Source of the DNA: Mayamaea pseudoterrestris
Taxonomy: Eukaryota
NCBI GenBank assembly: GCA_027923505.1
Contig: BROI01000007.1
Location: 248,001 to 312,000 of the forward strand
Direction of reading: 5' to 3'
DNA length: 64,000 nt
The translations under genes and the position numbers were made by a program. This document shows, piece after piece, positions 39,482-51,548 of this stretch (position 1 is the first letter of the stretch; each line of letters starts with the position of its first letter). The notes under the pieces were generated by a model. That model was not told the origin of the DNA. It did not search any database and saw nothing but the letters and a program-made list of their open reading frames with translations.

Positions 39482-40538
39482 GTTGAATGCAGTCGACAAT
39501 GTGTATGTCCGGGCAGCAACCAAATGCTTGCAGTGTTTGCGCCCTGACTAGCCCCGCCACCTTGCGTGTTTCCTCAACAACATCCACATTGCTTTGAATG
39601 CAACCAGATAAGACTGCTACTCTTGCGTCTTGCTGAGTTGATGCGTTGGTGGCCATATTGGACGTCGTAAAAGGGGCCGAAACGCTTTGCGAAAATACGC
39701 GCGACAGCGATTTGCGATACTCATTTCCACTTCTCGTCGAGGAGACGACATGATGCTCAATCAGGAATCGAAGTCCAACACGCGCCGTAAAGAATCTATA
39801 AAGCGCTTCCTCCAAAATGTCTTGTCGCTCCTGCAAGTCAAGATGATTGTTGCCATGTCCATGCGTTGCCGCCGCTGTCCATTCGCCAACGCCTCGCGCA
39901 ATTTGAGTGGGAATCGTTGATCTATCAAGTACAAATGACTGCAGTAGCTGCGTAAATGCATCCTCCTGCGCTGGCGTCTTTGGCGGAGCCATTTCTTGTA
40001 GCTGTTTGATGTATTGGAGATACAAGCGAGCAACTTGGCGGATGGATTCAGCATCCGCCAAGCCCAGCGGGAGGGTCATTAGGTCAACTGCCCGCTGCGC
40101 AAGTCTAATCGCTAGTTCCTTGTGCAGAAATTGAGCATTGTAAAGGCGCTGATCCTGAGATACACTGGAAGCGTACTTGAACATGTCCGCCAAGGAGAGG
40201 GGCGTCGGAGTCTGTGACGCGAGTGCGCGCAACGCGTCTGGGTCCATGTCAAGCTGTTTCAGCACGTCCAAGGGGTACCGAGACTGCGACGAATTGATGT
40301 TACTGCTGCTGGCCTCTTGAGCTGCCGCATGCTGTAGAATGGGTTTTACATCAATCGCTGCGGCGCCATGATCTCGTCTCGAATGACAAGACGGAGACCG
40401 AACAGCTGATGCGATGATTGGCTTCAAGGATACGGATCGAGATCGACATTGACAGCCGCATGCAGCACCAGGGCTTCGAATTAATACTCCCAGTCGCCAG
40501 ATACAATTCATTTTACTTTTTGTAACTCGGCAAGCCAT
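38707..40538 (-). CDS. PDK: Mitochondrial pyruvate dehydrogenase kinase (PDK/BCKDK family); intron 39115-39015; start codon tentative
   Basis: TPTPLSLADM, NAQFLHKELAIRLAQR, RFFTARVGLRFLIEHH, FTYVPHHLHYMLAELLMNSCRATV, IKVCDKGGGVPR, then [39 protein letters not shown]...GCAG intron joins VPR-S-LMGK in frame. Confidence 0.93.
39417..39476 (-). repeat. Pure (CAG)20 coding microsatellite (poly-Gln) in PDK
   Basis: 20 uninterrupted ctg units on the + strand, in the PDK reading frame on the minus strand. Confidence 0.97.
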
Positions 40539-40834
40539 ATTGGGATGCGTTACTCGCGTCGGCTTTGTGACACCATTGTCGTCGTCGATGGTTATCGAAC
40601 ATTGCGCGACGTAAGCTGTCTGTCGGAGCGGCAATGAAGATAGGTGTTTCAGAGTTTTCGACTGTGATGTGAGGTGTACCACAAGAATCAGAGTTTTTGC
40701 ACTGTAATCTATCAATTTTTGGCACTGTGGGCCAGAGTGTACGGCTTATCATTGTAGTGATTGGATCGACGCAACCTTTCCCACTGTTTTCCTCGCTCCT
40801 CGGCTACAGTCCTTTTGATCCCGGGCGACTCATC

Positions 40835-42619
40835 ATGATACATTGTTGCTGTCGACGATTGATGAAAACGTTTACAATGATGGCGATGGCGATAATACGA
40901 CTCGACAGCGTGACGAGAGTTTCCGCGTCGACGGCTCAAGGGACATCGCCAATCGTTCCGACGGCGACGACGACGTCTCGCAAAGCTAAGAAACAGACTC
41001 TACAGCAACGTGCTACTCCTACGACTGCCACTATAACTGATTCTTACAATTCCGATGCCTTTGGGCTGCTTGCACAAGCTCTTCATCCAATCATGCTGGA
41101 GCAGAATCAGCATAAACAAGACGCGTATGAGACCAAGCAGGTCGTTGACGCCTTTAATTCCATTAGTCGCGCCCAGCAGACACTCAAAACGTTGGATGGC
41201 ATCTCGCATGAAGCGTACCAACGGACTCATTCAGCGTACCAAGTAGATGAAACTGTCAGAGGAAGAGCCAGACGATCGGCGGCGAGGGCGAGTGCTGCAG
41301 CAGACGCGCTCTTTGCATGCGAACTTTGCGCATTCATTGAAGCAACAGGCAGTCATGAAATGATTCCACCTACGACTGATGCAATTGCATCAATGGAAGC
41401 ATGGACAGAGGCTATCATGGAGGGACGAAGACTACTTTATAATGACACGCTGACGATTGACGACGACGACAACAACCAATCACTCACGTTAAAAATACAC
41501 GTTTTGTACGAGCCGAATTACCGAGGAGGTGCGGGAGGTATTCAGGAAGCAGCGCCACAGCATGTCGTCCATGGTGGTCGAGTCTTGGTAATCTTGAGCG
41601 ATTCAGCGGCGGATAACCTACAGCAAACTCTTCAATATTTACATAATGAACCCATTGGAGTCCCAATATCGAAGCCAGCTGCAAGAGTAATTGGAAAAAA
41701 CAAAGAGGAACAGGTAGCATTCCTTCATCCGCTTGTCTATCGAGCTGCTGGACAGGTAGCGGAGTGTCTTGGCAGTTTGCTTCACGAAGTAATACCAGAC
41801 GGCCCATCAAAAGATACGGCTATTCACTTTGTTGGTCGATCCTTGGCTGGCGGGGTCGCAAGTATCGCAGCCATCATTTTCGACGGTGGACTTCCCATGC
41901 CTGCATCAACCGTAAGACCGAAACGGAAGCGACGGAGCAAAACGACCGAGCTGATTGACACAAACGGTGATGCACCACTGCAAACATTGAGCGGAATCGC
42001 TCGGCATAAAACATCGGCCATTGTCTTGGGCGGTCCACCCTGCGTTTCGGCAAATGTTCATACAGAATGCGTTACATCCATTCTATACGGAGACGACATT
42101 GTTTGCCGCAGCACTAAGCAGTCCTTGGATAGGTTGGCCAAGCGAGTTAGCGCGACGTGTGCGCGGAGCAGCGGTGGATTGATTGGCCGCCAACTCTCGC
42201 GCATGACAGATACGTTTTCAATAGCGGCAAGCTCGCTCAAAAAGCAACAGAACGCAATAAAATTTAGCAGCCATGTTTTGAGCATTCCAGGTCGGGCGTT
42301 TCTGGTGCGGCCTCGTCGACTCGAGAATCACTGTTCCATGCATGAGGTCGGTCCCCTTGCAAAGCAGAAGCGAGAGGCATTGCGAGCCGCCGTCTTGTGG
42401 CAGCTGAATGATGTGTTACTTTCCAAGAGTCTTTGGAAACACCATGAGTTGGAGTCATACATTCATGGGCTGGATAGAGTACAGCTACGAGGAGTTCACA
42501 ATCTCCATGATAGTGGCGGAACTAACGAGGAACAAGTCGTCGAAGTGGAAAATGATGCGCAATCGATAGGAGAGCAGTATGACGACTTTGACGATAGTGG
42601 CGATGCAATGGGCGTCTAG
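40835..42619 (+). CDS. Alpha/beta hydrolase, class 3 lipase-like, with a possible N-terminal targeting peptide
   Basis: Long ORF with nucleophile elbow IHFVGRSLAGGVA, VLGGPPC, SILYGDDIVCR (catalytic Asp position) and WKHHELESY (His position). Transcribed divergently from PDK. Confidence 0.8.
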   Translation: MIHCCCRRLMKTFTMMAMAIIRLDSVTRVSASTAQGTSPIVPTATTTSRKAKKQTLQQRATPTTATITDSYNSDAFGLLAQALHPIMLEQNQHKQDAYETKQVVDAFNSISRAQQTLKTLDGISHEAYQRTHSAYQVDETVRGRARRSAARASAAADALFACELCAFIEATGSHEMIPPTTDAIASMEAWTEAIMEGRRLLYNDTLTIDDDDNNQSLTLKIHVLYEPNYRGGAGGIQEAAPQHVVHGGRVLVILSDSAADNLQQTLQYLHNEPIGVPISKPAARVIGKNKEEQVAFLHPLVYRAAGQVAECLGSLLHEVIPDGPSKDTAIHFVGRSLAGGVASIAAIIFDGGLPMPASTVRPKRKRRSKTTELIDTNGDAPLQTLSGIARHKTSAIVLGGPPCVSANVHTECVTSILYGDDIVCRSTKQSLDRLAKRVSATCARSSGGLIGRQLSRMTDTFSIAASSLKKQQNAIKFSSHVLSIPGRAFLVRPRRLENHCSMHEVGPLAKQKREALRAAVLWQLNDVLLSKSLWKHHELESYIHGLDRVQLRGVHNLHDSGGTNEEQVVEVENDAQSIGEQYDDFDDSGDAMGV

Positions 42620-44289
42620 CGGGTAAAGGAGACGATGACGAATGAGATTACGGTGAGGAAGTTTGAATGCAATATGAAACGGCAGTCTAATTGCAGTTCA
42701 AAAAATTGCTACTGTGATAACCTTCATCTGGCCAAAGGGTTTGCTGTATAAATCTGCAGTGCGTTTAGCCGGAGCAAGGTTGTCGAAATGGCGAGCCAGG
42801 ACACTTAAATTGTTTTATTGTAGAGAACAGCGGCATGAACCAGTAGAATTTTAATCGCTTGTCCTTGTTTCATGAATCGATTATAGTGCGATGCGTAAAG
42901 CATTGTCAATCTGCTATTCCGAATACATGCAACGCAGCAGGCGAAAGTCTGCTAATTTTCGATTGTGCTCATGGCCAGCTTTATTACCGATGCATATTCG
43001 GCCTCCAGCTAAGTTGTTGCGAAGAACTTTGACTTGTCGGTTCATTTGATATTCAAAAAGATTTGTTTACATAGCATTAGGTGGAATGGATCGAGATGAT
43101 CGTTGGTCGTAATCGTTTTGATGAGGACTATTTTCCGACCATCCATGTGACCACGTACGCAAACAGCGAAAATTTACAACCATTGCCATTTAAACCTCCG
43201 CGTCGTAATCGGCTGGTCCTGCATAACTGCTGCCACCCTGACACATTAGTACTGCAAGTCTTGTTCAAACCGATATGTAGATTGCTGCTATCCTTAGACA
43301 TTCTTGTAGAGCGTCCGCGTCGCGCTGGAGAGGCAATCTATGAGCGATCAACGAAATGTTGCTACCCATTGCATCCAAACCTCCCGACGTCAGTAACCGA
43401 TTCTGCTGCCACCTGTTCTTATGATACAATACATAGTGGTGCCGGTCGTGTTCGAAGTAATGTGTAGATTGCTGCATGTTCCCATAAATAGCGTCATCAG
43501 CGAAGCTCAAATGCGCAGCGTCGAAAATGACCAAGCTATTCAATTCGAAAGCAAGTGCCTCAGCCGGTCTTTTCCGCTTTGAGGTACGCTACTGCTGAGT
43601 ACGCGTTTCATAGAACCCGGCTCGTACATGTGTGCAACGGCCGAACGATACATCATTGCAGCAGTGACCCGAGACGAGCGTGTGTGTGGATTTGATGTGC
43701 CTTGCTTTACAAGAACGGCGATTGTATGCTCATTACATGTGTTCCAGCAACCTGTCATGGCTATTATGGCCGCAAAGCATTGGTCGATGGAACGGCGCGG
43801 CAGACCGACGGTGCCGGCGGCGATAGAAAGGTCATGCAATGGAACGGCGCAGACCTTGGATTAAGAGTCTTGTCTTGCGGCGGCAAGTGATACAGTGTAA
43901 AACCCTGTCGTGACCAACCTGATGAGATGCTCGATGAGTCCGTTGCATTCGAATCATTCTGTTCAGTCTGCGTCCCTAGGAAGAACTTGGCGAACTTCCT
44001 AAAACTTGACAGATCCAATTTGAGATTGGCGCAGTGCGATTAAATCCATCTTCGTCCTTAGCGAGCGGCACGTCGTAAACGTCAGCTCAATAAAGAACTG
44101 ATCACCAACTAGTCGTTACCGTTGCTGTAGATTAATATCCCGACCCATAGAGTGTCGCCAGTGAAACAGCAATACATAGCGTGAAAACGTGCAGAAGTGT
44201 GAGTATTGCTTGGACGGTCTGGTCTCCTTGGTGCTGCAAGAGACGCATGGTCAACAATCATGTCAAACAGAGTACGCTAAATAACGTTA

Positions 44290-45240
44290 GTCACCAATGG
44301 AGCAGTCTAGGCACCAGGAGCCATTGCCACTTCTTTAGAATGGGAAGGATATTAATTGTTGTTATATAGCCATCCTGGGTGCATCGATTGCAGCCATCAC
44401 CAATGGATAAGCCATCATTAAAGCTGCAGAATAATCGTTTTCGAAGCAAGCAGCAAGCCAATGGACCACTATAAGCGCCAGGCACCGTTGCCGCTAATAT
44501 ACAAAAGTTGGGACGGGTGTTGATTGTTGTTATTAATTCATCTTAATTGCCACCAAAACGTCAAGGCGTTGCAATAGGAGCAGTCTGGCACAAAAGCCGC
44601 GGAAAATTCGTCCTTGGAGCAAGCGGCAAGCAAACGGGCCACTCTTACCGCCAGGAGCCGTCACCGCTTATGTGCAAAGGATGGACAAGATGTTTAATGT
44701 TGATTATGAGCCATCCTATTTGCAAGCGCATTGATTGCAGCCAGCCACTTTACTAATCGGAACAGTCTCCAACTCCAAGCTGCACAATGTTCGTTTTCGA
44801 ATCAAGCGGCAACCAAATGGATTACAATAAGCGCCAGGAAACGTTGTCGCTAATGTATCAAAGGATGGAACAAGTGTTAATTGTGATATTAGAGCCATCC
44901 TAGGTGCAAGCGAATCCTCAAGGTGCCGCAGTGGGAACAATGTTCAACTTCAAGCTGTAGAACATTTGTTTGGATCAACCGGCAAGCAAATGGAACACTA
45001 CATGCGCCAGAAAACGTTGCCTCGGATATATACAGGATGGAACGGGTGTTGGTTGTCATTAGACCGGTCCTACTTGCAAAGAAATTAAGTCGTTGATTTG
45101 GGAACAGTCACCACTCCAAGCTGCAAATTTTCAAATTAGGAGCAAACGGCAAGCAAATGGACCACTGTAGTGCCAGGAACCATTGCCGCTGATATATAAA
45201 AGGATGGAACATGTGTTGAATGTTATATTTGAGCCATCAT
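44290..45240. repeat. Degenerate tandem repeat, ~165-185 bp period, ~6 copies
   Basis: The motif caagcggcaagcaaatggaccact...gcgccaggaaccgttgccgct...aaaggatggaac...gagccatcc recurs at ~44446, 44620, 44803, 44976 and 45143, with a partial copy at ~44290. Confidence 0.85.
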
Positions 45241-45297
45241 GGTTGTAAGCGAAACATCAAGGCGTTGCAATGGGGCTGCGGAATATTTGTTTGACAT

Positions 45298-45325
45298 CGT
45301 TCGTTCGTTCGTTCGTTCGTTCGTT
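45298..45325. repeat. (CGTT)7 microsatellite
   Basis: cgttcgttcgttcgttcgttcgttcgtt. Confidence 0.85.
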
Positions 45326-46507
45326 GCGCCATTGCATTCACCGCAGCCGCCGCCTGCTCCAAGCGCTGGTAGTTGGTCGCGTGCGTCTCTGGCAGCGCCG
45401 CAGCGGAGGGCTCATCGGCCGGCATCCAACTCGACGCGCACAGCAAACATCTCCACTTGGCCATAATGGAGCTCGATGACGATGACGATGACGACGACAA
45501 CGACTGTATCATTTTGATTCGCCAGTACGGCACGTTACTGAGAGCTGATACGTTCTTGAGTGGATGCTACAGCCAGTGTGGTTGAAACTCTGTCATGCAG
45601 CTGCTGCTTGCAGGAGCAGATGAAACATATACTCGAACATGATGTAGATTGCGGCTTTGAATTCACTCTTGCCATTGATCGAGACGTATGCTGCTGCGTT
45701 TCAGGCTGCGATTGGCCATGTTCATTGTTTGTTGTCATGTTGTTCCTGCAAAGCCTCCTTTGCCACCGCCTGCTCCTTTGGCGAATCTACTCGTTGGTTC
45801 TATTGTCACGTCGGTATCATCGCTTGCTCTTGCTGCTGTTGCTGCTGCTGCTTCTGCACCTGTTCAACAGCATCTCGTTCAGCTTTTCCAGCTCGATCAG
45901 TAGCTTCTCGATCTGCAGCTTCTTCTTGTCGTTGTCGTTCACGCTGTCGTTGCAAATACGCGACGCGAAGCTGCTTGTATTGTATACCATGCCTGCGCTT
46001 CGCGCAGTGCGCCGCAGCATCGCTACTGCTGTTGCCCATTATCGCACATCGCACGCGAGCCATCGCCAACGCACGTCTTTCGTGACGTATCCCCTCACTC
46101 CATGACCATTCCGCTCACATGCAAGCCACTCCCTTGGCTGTGGCCAGTCCAAGTCACGTTGGCCTGCTGCAGCCATGAGTGGGGGTAGCGGCGGCGAGTC
46201 GTTCATGATAATGGCGGCGGCTGGGGCTGCGTCGTCTCGTCATGCTGCTGCGTTGCTGGAGCAAAGTACAGGCGCACAGCGAATACCACTGGCGGCAACT
46301 GCGCATGGTAGATATTGAAAGGTCGACGGTCGACGTCGACCAAAACCATGCTCATGCCAAGGCAACTTGCGGACAGGAATTACAGACAGAAGTGAACAAA
46401 CTTATACGATGCGTGCGTAGTATGGATTGTCCGCTCGACTTGTAATTCACGGTACCTCTTACTACTCACTGTTGTTACTGCTGGTACCGTTGTATCAATG
46501 CAACTTG

Positions 46508-46794
46508 TGTCGAGTTACCTTGAGGACTTGGTCAAGTAGGAGATGATCAGTCTACTAGCTTGGTAAGAAGAAGGGGAACGAGACGATTGCGTGTACTTTG
46601 CAATAGAATGATTTGATTTAGTGGTTACCGCTACTTTAAGGGGACCGTTGCCGACGTGTTGGTAACGTCGGCTTGCTTCTGTAGCTTAAGTAACTTGAGT
46701 ATTCACAGATACTGGATATTAACAGATATCCAGCCATGAGGATCAACCGAAACAAACGGACACTGGCAGGGCCTGAACCTTAATTGTTTCGACT
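46508..46794 (-). repeat. Putative 3' LTR of copia A (287 bp)
   Basis: Immediately follows the PPT aagagggag (46803-46795, minus strand). Termini AGTCGA...TCGACA form an imperfect inverted repeat. No second copy is present in the window to confirm the boundaries. Confidence 0.7.
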
Positions 46795-46850
46795 CTCCCT
46801 CTTGGATCGATGTTATAGACATAGAGACAAATACAGAGAAGATGAGCAAC

Positions 46851-49800
46851 TTACCATCCCATAAGGAGACGGCGGAGGTGCTCGAATGTGACTTGGGGCA
46901 GCGCCTTTGTAAAGATATCCGCTCGTTGCTCCTTGGTGTCAATCTTAACGACTTTGATCGTGCCCTGCTTTACGTGGTGCTTAAAGTGGTGATACTTAGT
47001 AGCGTAATGGCGAGAGCGAGGCGTAAGATGAGGGGCATTGGCGAGCGCTAGGCAGCCTGCGTTATCTTCGTAAACGGTGCAGTAGGAGCGCGCGTTTACT
47101 TGAATGCGTTGCTTCATTTTGTTTCCCATTTCCTTGACGATTGCTTGGATAGGAATGACTTGACGAAGACTTGAAGAGAGGGCAACGTACTTGGATTCCA
47201 TTGTAGATAGAGCAATTTCGGTTTGTAGCTTGCTTTGCCAAAAGACGGGGCAGCCACCGAGCATAATAAGGTATCCGGTACGGGATTGTGCGCACACTGG
47301 ATCTTGACCGTCTTCCTTTCCATATAAACCAGCAAAGTCGGCATCAACGTAACAGTCAACCGTGAGGTTGCCTTCGGGCGTCATGATGAGTCCTTGTTCG
47401 CGAGTCTTGATGAGATAGCGGACGATGCGTTTAACGGCGTCAAAGTGTGGCTTTTTAGGACAGTGATTGAATCTTGCGCATTGATTGACAGCGAAGGCAA
47501 TATCGGGATGAGATTTACCAGCAAGATAAAGGAGCTTGCCGATTAGCGAGTTATAGCTCCAGCTTTCTTGATGATCGGGTAAATCAGCGTTCTTGCCGAG
47601 CGTGTCGTTGGCGGGCATGAAGACTCCGTTTGCAGCCTCCATTCCAGTAGCTTGAATGATGCTGTCGATCAAACCCGTTTGAGTGAGCGTGAAAGATTTA
47701 CCAGAGCGCTTTATATCAATGCCGAGATATTGACTGAGATCGCCTTCTTCGGTGAGCGTGAACTTGGAGCGAAGGTCGTCGATGATGGTCTGTAGCTCCT
47801 TGTCGGTACGGGCGACGCAGATGCAGTCGTCAACGTAACAGGCGATGATTTGTCCATTGCGGTAGAAGAGACAGGGATCGAAGAAGCTTTGAGTGAAACC
47901 AAGCTCGACGAGTCGGTCGCGTAAGTGTTCGTAGAAGAGTTTTGGGGCGATCTTTGTTCCGTAGCACGACTTGAGCAACTTTAAACAGTAATCGCTTGAT
48001 TGATGACCGTCTTTATGTTGAAAGCCGCGAGGGAATTGAATGTAGATTGGATCCTTTAGTTCTGCCTGAACGAAAGCGTTGGTGAAATCAATGCACTTGG
48101 TTTTGTATCCGAACGTCAAGGCGAATACCATGAGGACACGAACGGTGCTCCATTGAACGACTGGGGCAAACGTTTCGAATACGTCCTTCTGTAGGTCTCC
48201 TCGAACGCAGAAGCGAGCTTTGTGTTTCTTAAGCTCACCGCTGGGCGTTCGCTTGCGGCGAAAGGTCCACGTGCCGGGTATGATTTGCTTTCCTTGAGGA
48301 ACCTCGGTCCTTGGTATGACAACCCACGTTCCATGATCTTCGAGCGACTTGATCTCTATACCTGCGGCTTTCCTGAACTCTTCAGAGTCATCAGCGCGCA
48401 TCGCTTCATCGTAGCGAAGGGTGTCGGGATCGTTCGTCGAGGCGAGGAGCACTTGCGTTAAACCGATTGAGTAAGGGTATTCCGCGTGCGCATGCTCTGC
48501 TAACAGCATATTGGTTTCAATCATTTCGTCGCGAGCATGACGGAGTCTCTGAGCTCGAGTGATGACTGGCTCAGGAGGTCGGTCACGTAAACGTGCGGAG
48601 CGTCGTAAAGGAGGATCACTTGCTTGTTGTTGTGGTTGTTGTGCGAGCGTGGGAGCTGTCGTCGGGATCGTGGACTCGTTTGATGCGTTTGGTGGACTGG
48701 GATTGACTGTGACATCGGCTGCGACACGCGGTGTTGGTGCGGACGAGCGCAAAGGATTGCCATCAATGTGATCTAAATGCTCCCTCTGCTCCCTCTGAGG
48801 CTGTGGTTCTGTAGTTTCTTGAGGCGAATGAATTTCAGGAATTTCAGGAGGCCTTGTCTCCCTCTGATTCGAAGGCGGAGTGCCTGTGACGGGCGGAGAA
48901 TCATTGGAAGGAACTGGAGCAACCGCTGGCGGAGCGGCGGGAGCAGGTAAAACTGGAGCGGTAGAAGGAGTCTGTGCTGCATGTATAGCATCTTGGCGAG
49001 CAGCTGAGGCATCAAAGTTGTCCTCCCACTCAGGATTGAGAGCAGGAAGGGGGTCATCGTCGTCGAACGGATAGATGTACTTGCTTGTCGCAAAGAGACT
49101 CGTCCATCTGTCGTCCGTAAAGTTTGGAGGCGAATCAGGAAGAGCGTCAACTGTGGTAAACCAATCGTCATGCGTAACGTGATACTGAGGACTGATTGTT
49201 AATGTATTCAGGTTGAGGACAAGTGGAACGGTAGCTGAGTGCTTGCTGGAGAAGCCGACGAAGATCCCGCGGCGTGAGCGCACTTTCCAACGAGGAATGG
49301 ACTTGCCGTCTTGCATGCGAGGATCAAGAACGTAGGCGGGCGATCCAAAAACGTGGAGATGATGGAACTTGTGACTTGCCCAGATGGTACCAGTGAAGAT
49401 ATCAATGGGAGCTTGGCCAGTGGCGACGTTTGGCATTCGATTGAAGATGTAAACTGCGTAGTCGACGGCCATCGGCCAGAGCGACATATCATCAACGTCA
49501 GTCCAGTGCATGTTAGCATGGATAAGCATCGTTCTTGCCATGTTCATAATGGTTTGAATGTTTCGTTCTGCTATTCCGTTTTGATGATGCGCGCCGACGC
49601 CTGCAAAGACGGTCGTCTGCTTAAACTTGGAAAGATGCTCAGTGTACTCGTGACTGGTGAAACACGCCGCGTTATCAGACAAGTAGCTTTCAATTGAAAC
49701 GCCGCAATCCCTTGCAACCTTTTCAAAGTTCCACTTGGAGCGAAGAGTTTCATGAGTGTTCATAACAACTTGATGGTCGACGAAGACGTATCCACTTGCG

Positions 49801-51215
49801 TGGTCGACGAAGAGCGCGCCACCACTAAACATTGAGTCGGTCGACGTTTTGCCGCGAGACGTATAGAGGCGTCCCTTTTGACTGCAGATGTAATGATCAA
49901 CGGAGACTTGTTGTCCTGGTCGAAGCTTTCCTTGCTTGAGCGATCCATCGGCTCGAGGCGTTGGTTGACGACTCGTTCCGGGCGCGGGTCGACGTTTTGC
50001 TTTTCCAAACTCGCAAGCAGCACACTTGGGTATCTCACAGCAAGCAGCTGCTTTATGGAGTTTGCGCATCTCATCGCTCGTTGCCAGTCATCCAGAGCGA
50101 AGGAGGTTTTGCATGCTGCGGAAGCTGGCGTGGCCGCACTTGAAATGCCATTGAAGAAGGAGCTTTTGCGCGGGCGACAAGTTGGCGTTTCGAGCGTCTG
50201 TTACACATGCATTGAACTCAGCGTGAAGAGTTTCAGGGCTATCTTGAGTTGCAATGGCAGTAGAAGTCGGTAGGTTGGTGACTGGATCGAGCGAGCCATG
50301 AAGAAGGGATGGGCGGCCTTGCTTGTGTAGATCAAAGTACCAGAATCCTTCTCCATTAATAGCAAACGTTAAATTCGCCTCGCGATCGTGTAGCTTGTGG
50401 TATCGCGTGTACTGTTGAGGGCACAGTAACTTGCGCGGACTGTCGGGAATGTAGAGAGCTTGGCAACGGACTCGTAGCGGCTTGCCGTCGTTGCCATCAA
50501 GAGTCCAGTCAATTATGCCATGGCCGACCACTTGCAATCCAGATGCGAGTCCTTTTGCAATGATCTTCTTTGTGCTTTTGCGGTAAGTACCAGGGACGAA
50601 GTCATCCAAGTGATTGGCGACGGTTGCAGAAGCGCCGCTGTCGTGAATGATTTCGAACGTGGAGGATCGAGCAGCATTGCTTGGAGAGAAGGCAAAGTCA
50701 TTGACTGTAGAGTCTGCTTGGAAAGTAACGTTGTTGAACTCGAGTGGAGCGAGCGCACCAAGGTAATCCATGAGGCTGGGGTACTCAACGAGGGAATTAA
50801 ATTGGGAGATGGGATTGTCGATCCATCGGCATGTCTTGGACTCGACGAGGGTCGTAAACAAGCCATTGTACCCTTTAATGACTTCAATGGGAACAGTCTT
50901 GGCGTCTGGAAGGGTCTTGAAACGAGGGCAATGGACTCTTTGACGATAGATGCCGTCGCTGCGCAATCTTGTTGGATAGGAACGGTGATAGCTATAGATG
51001 AGTGGGACACGGAGCGTTCTTTTCAATCGTTTCTGTTGGCGAATGCGACGTTTTGATTGGACGGAAAGTTGACGTTCGTCAGTAGAGTTCTTGCGTTTGT
51101 CGTAGTGTTTTTGTTGTTGACGGAGCTTGTCTCTAGTTGGTTGCGGGCGACTCGGAGAAAGGTGATAGGAAAGAGCTAATGCTTCGAGGATAACTGTCAT
51201 CCACAGCAACATCAT
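46851..51215 (-). pseudogene. pol: Copia A pol (PR-IN-RT-RNase H) with a premature TGA at 50090-50088
   Basis: DSGAS protease, HHCC and DDE integrase, YVDD RT, RNase H CYVDADFAG / STMESKY / YEDN / ADIFTK. The TGA corresponds to CGA (Arg) in the copy at ~17150. Confidence 0.93.
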
Positions 51216-51548
51216 CTCCCTCTCGAGCGTAGTCGTGAGTAACTCAAACCAAAACCATCAAAGAAACGTTGGAAGAGCGAGCGCGGCGCGCGAAAAACTG
51301 AGCGCATTGCAAGCAAACGAAGAGGCGTTGGCGAGAGTCGAAGACCAGAACCATTGATTGAGCGCAAGTCCACTCAAAGCGCAAGCGCAAACTGATTCAA
51401 GGACGGCCGGTAAGACGGTAGGAAGCATACTCAGCGCAACCAAAAGGAGCATGGCGGCGACGGGCTTGAGGATGAACCGGGCGAAGGCAGTCTTGAAACA
51501 AAACGCTTGAACAAAGAGAAGAAGAGGCGGCGTCCTTCCGCATTCAAG

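Noticed and set aside
43080..44020. Possible decayed minus-strand gene, faintly ankyrin-like
   Set aside because: Broken into several frames, and the similarity is too weak to call.
45240..46250. Gln/Glu-rich coiled-coil-like ORFs
   Set aside because: Driven by trinucleotide low complexity (gct, gac) and interrupted by stops.
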